From assembly GCA_964651115.1 (NCBI GenBank), contig CAZYXJ010000001.1, positions 380,243 through 444,242 of the forward strand: a stretch of 64,000 nt of DNA, given 5' to 3'. The stretch is from an uncultured Candidatus Saccharibacteria bacterium (GTDB taxonomy: Bacteria; Patescibacteriota; Minisyncoccia; Phycocordibacterales; JACOZG01). The notes under the pieces were generated by a model. The model was not told where the DNA came from. It saw nothing but the letters and a program-made list of their open reading frames with translations, and ran no database searches. Shown here piece by piece: positions 57,459-64,000 of this stretch. Numbering within the stretch: the stretch's first letter is position 1; the number at the start of each line of letters is the position of its first letter. The translations under genes and the position numbers were made by a program.

Positions 57459-57967
57459 TTAATCTTTTACCACCAGAAGAAATTAAGGCCCGGATCCGGT
57501 CTTATCACGCTCGGCGGCGAGTGGTTTACGGGGGAGCGATTTTGGGTTGGGTGGTGGTGGCGGTTATTTTGACTGGCGTGGTTTACGCCCGATTGCACTT
57601 TAATCAAGTCGCCGTGCCGCCTCTGCCCGAGATTACTCAAGCTGGTGCCGATCTGGCCGCTTTGCCTAAGCGTTTGGACCGCTTGAGTACGGACCTCGCT
57701 AAGCAGACGGCCTTTCTTGATTTGCTTGGCAAGACTCTGTCGCACCGCAATCAAGCCGTGCGGATCACCGACATCCGTTATGCCGAGGAGGATAAGACTC
57801 TCCAGATTGAGCTGGCGGGCTTCGCGCTGAGCCGGCAAAGTTTGCTCCAGTTTTTAGAAGAGTTTAAGAATGATCCCACCTTTAGCGTGATCGATTCGCC
57901 GATTTCTAATCTTATTAAAGAGCGCGACGTGCCCTTTACTTTGTTGTTGTCTGCTCCCGCACCATGA
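57455..57967 (+). CDS. PilN-like protein
   Basis: MINLLP motif plus TM; follows pilM. Confidence 0.75.
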   Translation: MINLLPPEEIKARIRSYHARRRVVYGGAILGWVVVAVILTGVVYARLHFNQVAVPPLPEITQAGADLAALPKRLDRLSTDLAKQTAFLDLLGKTLSHRNQAVRITDIRYAEEDKTLQIELAGFALSRQSLLQFLEEFKNDPTFSVIDSPISNLIKERDVPFTLLLSAPAP

Positions 57968-58473
57968 ACTTACGCTCACCCCACTTCCATTTAATAATGA
58001 TGTTGACGGCCATCGCGGTGATGATGGGGGTGGCCGCGGCTGGTGTTTATTTGGTGTGGCGGGAGTATGAGCAGACGATGGCGACTCAGCGGGCTTATTA
58101 TCAAGCCAAACATGAGCAGGAGGCGGCCGAGGCCACGGCGGCGACAGTGGCTAATTTGGCCCAAGAGTTGGCGGCCATTAATGCCTACTTCGTTAACCCC
58201 GACACCGTCTCCCGAGTGATCGAAGATTTAGAAAAGCTGGCGGCGGTAACCCGGGTTGAGTTTGCCTTAGCCGAAGCGGCGATTGTGGAGAGTGGCCCGG
58301 AGGTCCAATTGTCGTTCGCGGCGCGCGGATCTTTTGGCAATCTGACCAAGTTGGTGGGACTGATCAGTACGATGCCTTATGCCATTCGAGTTAGTGGAGC
58401 CGAGTTGGGGCAGATTGGCCCGGGGCAGTGGCAGGGACAGTTTTCTTTACGAGTAACGAGCTTCGAACTCTAG
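57964..58473 (+). CDS. PilO-like protein
   Basis: N-terminal TM, coiled coil, GSF..L..L.TMPY; operon position. Confidence 0.65.
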   Translation: MNLRSPHFHLIMMLTAIAVMMGVAAAGVYLVWREYEQTMATQRAYYQAKHEQEAAEATAATVANLAQELAAINAYFVNPDTVSRVIEDLEKLAAVTRVEFALAEAAIVESGPEVQLSFAARGSFGNLTKLVGLISTMPYAIRVSGAELGQIGPGQWQGQFSLRVTSFEL

Positions 58474-58476
58474 ATT

Positions 58477-58821
58477 ATGAATTTGTCTTTTAAAAATTGG
58501 CGTCAGAAATTGTTGGCCGGTTATTACGAGCGACGTGATCGCGATCCGCTGAAGGTGGCGCTGGACCCTTATCATGATTGGGCGAGACTCTTTCGGTGGT
58601 GGGTGCCGGCGGTCGCTTTGTTGTTGGCGGGGGGAGCAATCGCTTCGTGGTGGTTGGGGCAGACGCCAACTCGCGCCGAGCGCTCGGCAACGGGGAGCGT
58701 GGCGCCGGCCGTCTCGGCGCCACGCGTGGGTGGAGTGGCGGCGATTGTCGCCGAGCGCTCGGCTAAGCATCGGGAGTATCTCACGGCTAGTACGACTTTG
58801 TTTGTTGACCCCAGCCGGTAA
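58477..58821 (+). CDS. Membrane protein closing the pilMNO operon
   Basis: Single TM; DP..DW and DPSR motifs. Confidence 0.55.
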   Translation: MNLSFKNWRQKLLAGYYERRDRDPLKVALDPYHDWARLFRWWVPAVALLLAGGAIASWWLGQTPTRAERSATGSVAPAVSAPRVGGVAAIVAERSAKHREYLTASTTLFVDPSR

Positions 58822-58840
58822 GCCAGAGTAGAGTGAAAGG

Positions 58841-58912
58841 GCCCTTGTAGTTCAATGGATAGAACACCGGACTTCTAAGCCGGCTATGTAGGTTCGATTC
58901 CTACCGGGGGCA
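58841..58912 (+). tRNA. tRNA-Arg(TCT)
   Basis: CTTCTAA loop; GTTCGATTC; GCCCTTG/CGGGGGC acceptor stem. Confidence 0.9.
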
Positions 58913-58963
58913 CAAAAAACGCGGTCGAACTTAGTTCGACCGCGCCGGCGGCAGAAAGGACAC

Positions 58964-59368
58964 TCAGCCAAATTTCAGGAACGGTAAGAGGTGATCAAGG
59001 ATGGTTTTGATTTTTTCGTGCCAAGCATCCTTGGTATTCAGTGCCCGCTTCTCCAGGCGAGGGGTCTCGAATTCTTCGGGGGAGCCGTCATCGTTGAGCC
59101 AGAGGGTGACTTCACCAGAGTGGGCGGTGGTCTTGATCCGAACGAAATCGGTTACGACGTGTTTACTGGAGCGAATTCTTTCCCTGGTGACAGTAAGCAG
59201 GTCATCAAGCAGGGAAATTTTCACTTTTTCTCCGAATTGGGTTCGGGCCGATTTTCTTTTCCACCCGCCTTCATTTTTGCGAAAAAGTTCCTGGTGTTCT
59301 CTGATGAGAGAGAGGACGTCTGCGAGGGTTAGTTTAGGATTAATTGCCTTCCTTTTTGGGTCGGCCAT
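58964..59368 (-). CDS. Hypothetical protein
   Basis: AAAGGAG RBS before MADPKRK; the longer ORF-track start overlaps tRNA-Val; hairpin at 58920-58944. Confidence 0.6.
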   Translation of the reverse strand: MADPKRKAINPKLTLADVLSLIREHQELFRKNEGGWKRKSARTQFGEKVKISLLDDLLTVTRERIRSSKHVVTDFVRIKTTAHSGEVTLWLNDDGSPEEFETPRLEKRALNTKDAWHEKIKTILDHLLPFLKFG

Positions 59369-59454
59369 GTAGAGTCTCCTTTTTTGGTTAAAACAAGAAT
59401 TGATGGGAAGGACTGGCTGTTGGCACTCTACTACACAATCGATTTTTTGTCTTG

Positions 59455-59527
59455 TGGGCGATGAGGGACTCGAACCCCCGACCTTCCCGGTGTAAACGGG
59501 TTGCTCTACCAACTGAGCTAATCGCCC
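59455..59527 (-). tRNA. tRNA-Val(TAC)
   Basis: GGGCGAT acceptor; TTTACAC loop; GTTCGAGTC. Confidence 0.92.
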
Positions 59528-59574
59528 GGCCCATTGATTATAGTGTACACTATACCATGCGTCCATAATTTACA

Positions 59575-60315
59575 ATGCCCGAGCCAGAAATTATTTTTCA
59601 GAACGCTGATTGCTTGGTTTTAAATAAGCCCGCCGGCTTGGCTGTCCACCCTGATCGTTTTACCTCAGGCGGGACGTTGGCTGATTGGTTGTTGTCTCAC
59701 TGGCCAGAACTTAGTGTTGTCGGCGAGCCAGTGATTTTGCCCGACGGGACGACGGTGCCTCGGCCGGGGATTGTCCATCGGCTCGATCGTGATACTACGG
59801 GCGTTTTGGTGGTGGCAAAAAATCAGACGGCGTTTGAATTTTTTAAAGAACAGTTTGCCCAGCGGACGGTTAGTAAAGAGTATCGAGCGATTTTGTTGGG
59901 ACAACTTAAGAATGATCAAGGAGTAATTGATTTGCCAATTGGCCGGTCGCGTAAGGATCCGCGGCGACGTTTGGCGGGGCGGGGGGCAACGGGGCAATTG
60001 CGCGAAGCGTTAACCGAGTATCAGGTTTTGGAGCGTTTCGCTGGTTTTGTGTATGTGGCCGCTTTCCCCAAGACGGGGCGGACGCATCAATTGCGAGCTC
60101 ATTTTAAGGCGATCTCGGCGCCGATTGCTTGCGACCCGCTTTATGGGGCGCCGGCCTGCCCGCCAGGCTTGGCGCGGCAGGCCCTCCACGCTTATCGCGT
60201 GGAGTTAGCCCTGCCGACCGGTGGTCGGCAGGGCTTTACGGCGCCCTTACCCCAAGACCTCACCGGGGCCCTGGAGCAACTTCGCGCCGGGCTTGATAAT
60301 TTAAAAGAGGCGTGA
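59575..60315 (+). CDS. RluA family pseudouridine synthase
   Basis: [32 protein letters not shown]. Confidence 0.92.
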   Translation: MPEPEIIFQNADCLVLNKPAGLAVHPDRFTSGGTLADWLLSHWPELSVVGEPVILPDGTTVPRPGIVHRLDRDTTGVLVVAKNQTAFEFFKEQFAQRTVSKEYRAILLGQLKNDQGVIDLPIGRSRKDPRRRLAGRGATGQLREALTEYQVLERFAGFVYVAAFPKTGRTHQLRAHFKAISAPIACDPLYGAPACPPGLARQALHAYRVELALPTGGRQGFTAPLPQDLTGALEQLRAGLDNLKEA

Positions 60316-60331
60316 TAGATTACAATCTCGT

Positions 60332-60730
60332 ATGATCAAGATTTCTCCCATCAATGTGGACGAACGCAAAGTCCTCGACCTCTCGGCCGGCAACACCGTC
60401 CGGGTGTGGCAAAAGATCCAGGAAAAGGGTAAGACTCGTCTCCAGGCTTTTGAGGGTTTGGTGATTGCTCGTAAGCACGGCGCCGAGCCGGGCGCGACCT
60501 TCACCGTCCGCAAGGTGGCTTCGGGTGTTGGTGTTGAGAAAATCTTTCCGCTCTATTCTCCTTTGATTGATAAGATTGAGGTGGTCCGTCGCGCCAAGGT
60601 CCGTCGCGCCAAGCTCTATTATATTCGTACCAAGGTGGCCAAGGAGGTTCGCCGCGCCATGCGCAATGTCCAGTCTGCCGTCGCCGCTCCGGTAACGGCT
60701 GAGGTTGTAAGTGAGGAGTCTTCGGATTAA
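60332..60730 (+). CDS. rplS: 50S ribosomal protein L19
   Basis: [33 protein letters not shown]. Confidence 0.96.
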   Translation: MIKISPINVDERKVLDLSAGNTVRVWQKIQEKGKTRLQAFEGLVIARKHGAEPGATFTVRKVASGVGVEKIFPLYSPLIDKIEVVRRAKVRRAKLYYIRTKVAKEVRRAMRNVQSAVAAPVTAEVVSEESSD

Positions 60731-60741
60731 GCTAGAGGCAA

Positions 60742-60826
60742 GCGCGGGTGGCGAAATTGGCAGACGCACTACCTTGAGGTGGTAGCGCCGCAAGGCGTGG
60801 AGGTTCAAATCCTCTCCCGCGCACCA
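60742..60826 (+). tRNA. tRNA-Leu(GAG)
   Basis: CTACC-TTGAGGT-GGTAG anticodon arm; variable arm; CCA encoded. Confidence 0.93.
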
Positions 60827-60968
60827 TGGGTGATGTTTTAAAAACTCTTTTTTGGTTTATCGTGGCGTTGGGCGTCATTCTGGGCCTGATGGCTTGGTAG
60901 CTTGCAAGTTTTTTATCTAGTGGCATAATAAAGGCAGACCTGATTTCACTTTTTAGGAGGATCCTAAG

Positions 60969-61247
60969 GTGCAATATAAGGTGGTGATTAAGTCGGCGCG
61001 AACCGGACAAGTTCTCTGGGAGGCGATGCGGCCAGCCAAGTCCGCACTGCAGGCCCAGAACTGGGTTCGTCGATATCTGTTCGGCACAAAATCCTTTGCC
61101 GCGTTGGAGCAGGATGGGTATGTCTTTGAGACGGCGGAAGTGCTTCCACCTCGTCCTTCGACTTCGTTTCGGCAGCCGGCGTTCGCCCGTCAACTTTTGT
61201 TCTCTTTTTGTAATCAATCTGAGTCGCTGGCAGCTTTTACCCGCTAG
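60969..61247 (+). CDS. Hypothetical protein
   Basis: TAGGAGG RBS; terminator GGGCGCCC...GGGCGCCC-TTTT. Confidence 0.55.
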   Translation: MQYKVVIKSARTGQVLWEAMRPAKSALQAQNWVRRYLFGTKSFAALEQDGYVFETAEVLPPRPSTSFRQPAFARQLLFSFCNQSESLAAFTR

Positions 61248-61309
61248 CCGGAGACTCGTCGCTCTGGGCGCCCCTCTTACCAAGGGCGCCCTTTTGCTAT
61301 ACTAGGGGC

Positions 61310-61828
61310 ATGCTTTACACTGGCGCCGGCGACGGCGGATTAACGACCACTTTCGGCTGCGATCAAAAGATTTCGAAAAGTTCGGCGGTGGCCGAGGCGT
61401 TTGGCTCGCTTGATGAAATTAATTCGTTATTGGGCGTGCCTAAGGTAGTGGCGGAGGCAGAGCTAGCGGAAGTGTTGGAACAGGCCCAGCAGACGCTTTT
61501 TATCGTCCAGGCGGAACTGGCTGGCGCGGACAAGACGGTGCCGGAGGAGCGCGTTCGCGCTTTGGAAAAGTTGATTAACGAGATCGAAAAAGAGTTACCG
61601 CCGATTCGAACCTTTTTCGTCTCCGGCGGGACGTCGCTGGCGGCCCAACTCGACTTTGCGCGGACGGTGGCGCGGCGGGCCGAGCGGCGCGTGGTGGCGG
61701 TGGCGGAGGAGCGGTCGGTGGGCAAGTGGACGCTGGCTTACCTCAACCGACTCTCCTCGGCGCTCTATGCTCTTGCTAGACTCGCTAACCATAAGTCTGG
61801 TATAAAGGAGCAACCGCCTCGGTACTAA
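61310..61828 (+). CDS. PduO-type cob(I)alamin adenosyltransferase
   Basis: YTGAGDGG.T, GSLDEINS, ARTVARRAER, YLNRLSSAL. Confidence 0.88.
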   Translation: MLYTGAGDGGLTTTFGCDQKISKSSAVAEAFGSLDEINSLLGVPKVVAEAELAEVLEQAQQTLFIVQAELAGADKTVPEERVRALEKLINEIEKELPPIRTFFVSGGTSLAAQLDFARTVARRAERRVVAVAEERSVGKWTLAYLNRLSSALYALARLANHKSGIKEQPPRY

Positions 61829-61845
61829 GCCGATTTCGGGTACAT

Positions 61846-61917
61846 GGTGCCTATAGTTTAGTGGTAAAACTCCGCTCTGTGGAAGCGGTATCGTGAGTTC
61901 GATTCTCACTAGGCACC
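61846..61917 (+). tRNA. tRNA-His(GTG)
   Basis: G-1 plus GTGCCTA/TAGGCAC acceptor stem with C73; CTGTGGA loop. Confidence 0.92.
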
Positions 61918-62230
61918 CACACCTATATTTCTATTGCAGACTGTCTGACAGACGGCGTTTTAACTGTGCTAAAGCGCGGCCGTCCTTCTTGAGCGACGCC
62001 TCTCTATTCCGCGCATCACTCTCGGTGGAGTAAGCCTCGTAATATTTCAGGACAAAAGGACGGCGAGGTTTAGTGGAAGGAACTTTGCCGGTGTTGTGAT
62101 CAGCCAGTCTGCGTCGCAAATCATTGGTAGAGCCAAAATAAAGCTTGTCATCTTTCTCACTTTTTAGCACATAGACATAAAACATTCCTTGATTATATGA
62201 TTTGCGACGATAGAAACATAGGTGTGGGTG
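61914..62230. mobile_element. 317-bp TIR-bounded element carrying a GIY-YIG gene, inserted in the tRNA-His 3' end
   Basis: 21-bp inverted repeats 61914-61934/62210-62230 (1 mismatch); TAGG flanks both ends; TAGGCACCCA occurs at 61910 and 62231. Confidence 0.75.
61931..62185 (-). CDS. Small GIY-YIG nuclease (UPF0213/YhbQ-like)
   Basis: MFYVYVLKS...LYFGSTNDLRRRL..HN...TK..RP...YYEAY...A..RE..LK. Confidence 0.9.
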   Translation of the reverse strand: MFYVYVLKSEKDDKLYFGSTNDLRRRLADHNTGKVPSTKPRRPFVLKYYEAYSTESDARNREASLKKDGRALAQLKRRLSDSLQ

Positions 62231-62436
62231 TAGGCACCCAGTGATTTGACTTTCGCTCAGGATAAATAACTTCCTCCGCTACGACGGCAGCCACTTTAGC
62301 GGCCTCAGAAAAGTTGTTTGACGGTAAATTTAAAATATGTCAATCTAGCGGTGGTTGGCTTGCTTGGAGCAAGCTTTGGATTTGATCCGGTTTAGCCACA
62401 ACCGGGTCAGGCGGTAGTTATTACGAAAGGGGCGTC

Positions 62437-62769
62437 ATGAAAGGTGGCGACATTTATTGTCTCATGGTGTCTGGTCCTGGATTGACCGATGGCCTGCGCA
62501 GCCTCTTGTTTAATCAGGCCAGGAGACTGCTACAATATAAGAAGGGCTATTGCCGCTTTCGGGGCAGTGATTTTGAGGGAGCGGTTTCCACTACCAACGA
62601 GACGGGTGTGATCGGTTCGGTGTCGGGGGTGATCTTTCAGGCCAAGCTCGACATTGGGAATCGGACGATCGAGGCGCGGTATCTCGTTAGGGCCGGTGAC
62701 CTGGCCGACGGCGAAGGTCAGTGGATCGAATGGGACGGCACTCTTCCGTTTGATCCTTCGTTGAATTAG
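62437..62769 (+). CDS. Hypothetical protein
   Basis: AAAGGGG RBS; terminator ACGCGAGTTCC..GGGGCTCGCGT-T7. Confidence 0.6.
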   Translation: MKGGDIYCLMVSGPGLTDGLRSLLFNQARRLLQYKKGYCRFRGSDFEGAVSTTNETGVIGSVSGVIFQAKLDIGNRTIEARYLVRAGDLADGEGQWIEWDGTLPFDPSLN

Positions 62770-62930
62770 TTGTTGTGGGGTGCGGGGCGCACGAACGCGA
62801 GTTCCATTGGGGCTCGCGTTTTTTTATTGGCGGTATCTATTTGACTTTGGATTTTAATATTGTAATTTGATGGTCGGTGGTTCTTTGAGGAAAGCTAGGA
62901 TCCATAATTAGGAGATTGAAAGGAGATGTC

Positions 62931-63479
62931 ATGGATTCGTTTGTTGACAGGGCAAAGCGGTTTGCGTTGAGGGCCCATGAAGGGCTCTTCCGGGAAAATG
63001 CTGCCAGAGAGCCATACTCAGTGCATATTGAGGAGGTGGCTGATCTCGTTATGAAGGCTGGCGGTAACCCAGAAGAAGTCGCGGCCGCCTGGTTGCATGA
63101 CGTGGTCGAGGACACTGGCATTACCCTCGACCAGTTGAGAACGGAATTTGGAGAAGTTGTGGCCGAAATCGTTCATGGGTTGACCGATCCACCCGAGTTT
63201 GAGGGAATGCCAACCTTAGACCGCAAAATGCTTCAGGCCAAACGTGTTGCCACCGAAAGCGACAGCGTGAAGCTGGTCAAGATCGCTGATCAGACTTCCA
63301 ATACCAGATCGGTCGCGGTCGATCCTCCAGTGGGATGGAATCCTGAAAAATGCGTCCTCTATGTTGAGGGTGCGCGGCGTATTGTGGCCCAATGCCAGGG
63401 GGTTAGTATTTTTCTTGAGGCGGAGTTTGCCAAGGCCCATCAGGCCTCCACTCAAAGGTGGGGAGAATTCTCTGGCTGA
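62931..63479 (+). CDS. HD-domain small alarmone hydrolase (Mesh1/SpoT-like)
   Basis: AH.G..R....EPY..H...V, AAWLHDVVEDT, FG..VA.IV..LTD, VKIAD. Confidence 0.85.
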   Translation: MDSFVDRAKRFALRAHEGLFRENAAREPYSVHIEEVADLVMKAGGNPEEVAAAWLHDVVEDTGITLDQLRTEFGEVVAEIVHGLTDPPEFEGMPTLDRKMLQAKRVATESDSVKLVKIADQTSNTRSVAVDPPVGWNPEKCVLYVEGARRIVAQCQGVSIFLEAEFAKAHQASTQRWGEFSG

Positions 63480-63813
63480 GCCTCTTCGAAAAGAAAAGTA
63501 TCCTAAACCGCATGGCTTGCCTGGGAATGGCTTTTCTGGCTTGATAGAAGGGATAAACCAAAAGGAGTTTTTTAAAATGTCCCCCGAGCGGCGTGAGCGG
63601 CTCGGGGGATTTGTTATGATTAATGGACTAAATGATGACTTTTCGGGAAAAGATTTATGAATTGACGCGGGCCATCCCACCCGGTCGCGTCGCGACCTAC
63701 GGCCAGCTTGCCCTTAAGTCTCTCAATCTTATCCTTAAGAGTGTCTCAAGCTTGGAATGTAGATTGGTTGCCGCTCTTTTGCTTGCTGCCATGACTTTCT
63801 CCTAGTGAGAATG

Positions 63814-63853
63814 AAAAAGGGCTCTCACACAACTGGAGTCATGTGAGAGCCCT
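63814..63853 (-). terminator. Terminator of serS
   Basis: AGGGCTCTCACA...TGTGAGAGCCCT with a T-tract on the minus strand. Confidence 0.7.
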
Positions 63854-63858
63854 GCCCA

Positions 63859-64000
63859 TCAGAATTTTTTGCTTTTGGGCTTGATGCTCTGCACCCCAAC
63901 GTAGGGATGCAACACTTCGGGGATGAGTACGGTGCCGTCGGCCTGCTGGTTGTTCTCGAGGATGCTGAGCATCGTTCGAGTAACGGCAACAGCTGTTCCG
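63859..64000 (-). CDS. serS: Serine--tRNA ligase, C-terminal fragment (runs off the window)
   Basis: [33 protein letters not shown]. Confidence 0.9.
   Translation of the reverse strand, partial: GTAVAVTRTMLSILENNQQADGTVLIPEVLHPYVGVQSIKPKSKKF

Noticed and set aside
58920-58944. Perfect palindromes at 58920-58944 and 50568-50597 as REP/mobile repeats
   Set aside because: Each is single-copy here and lies between convergent genes, so terminators are the simpler explanation.
60732-61283. 183-aa minus-strand ORF and other antisense ORFs in the track
   Set aside because: They overlap tRNA-Leu or well-supported genes on the other strand and have no protein motifs.
63361-63680. ORFs 63361-63660 (+) and 63216-63680 (-)
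   Set aside because: They overlap the HD hydrolase, have no RBS or recognisable motifs, and are probably shadow frames.

Overview
This looks like the chromosomal replication-origin region of a Patescibacteria/CPR (probably Parcubacteria) bacterium. The taxonomy is inferred from gene content, not from a search. The core contains yidC-rnpA-rpmH-dnaA-oriC-dnaN with a visible C-rich to G-rich switch, 9 tRNAs, ruvABC, polA, xth/udg/mutM, pcrA, a Xer recombinase, comM, pilB and pilMNO. A ~13-kb relaxase-less T4SS-like cluster (VirB4/PrgI/VirB6/pilin) abuts yidC. The most unusual signals are: (1) a 317-bp element with 21-bp terminal inverted repeats and only a small GIY-YIG gene, inserted in the tRNA-His 3' end and rebuilding it; (2) a ~280-nt multibranched non-coding RNA candidate with its own promoter, terminator and a possible pseudoknot; (3) a tandem array of self-contained terminator-promoter-gene cassettes sharing a junction motif; (4) two PEP-CTERM-type genes; (5) a 6S-like RNA, an unannotated very acidic peptide, and pervasive leaderless gene starts. 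All product calls come from motif recognition by eye.
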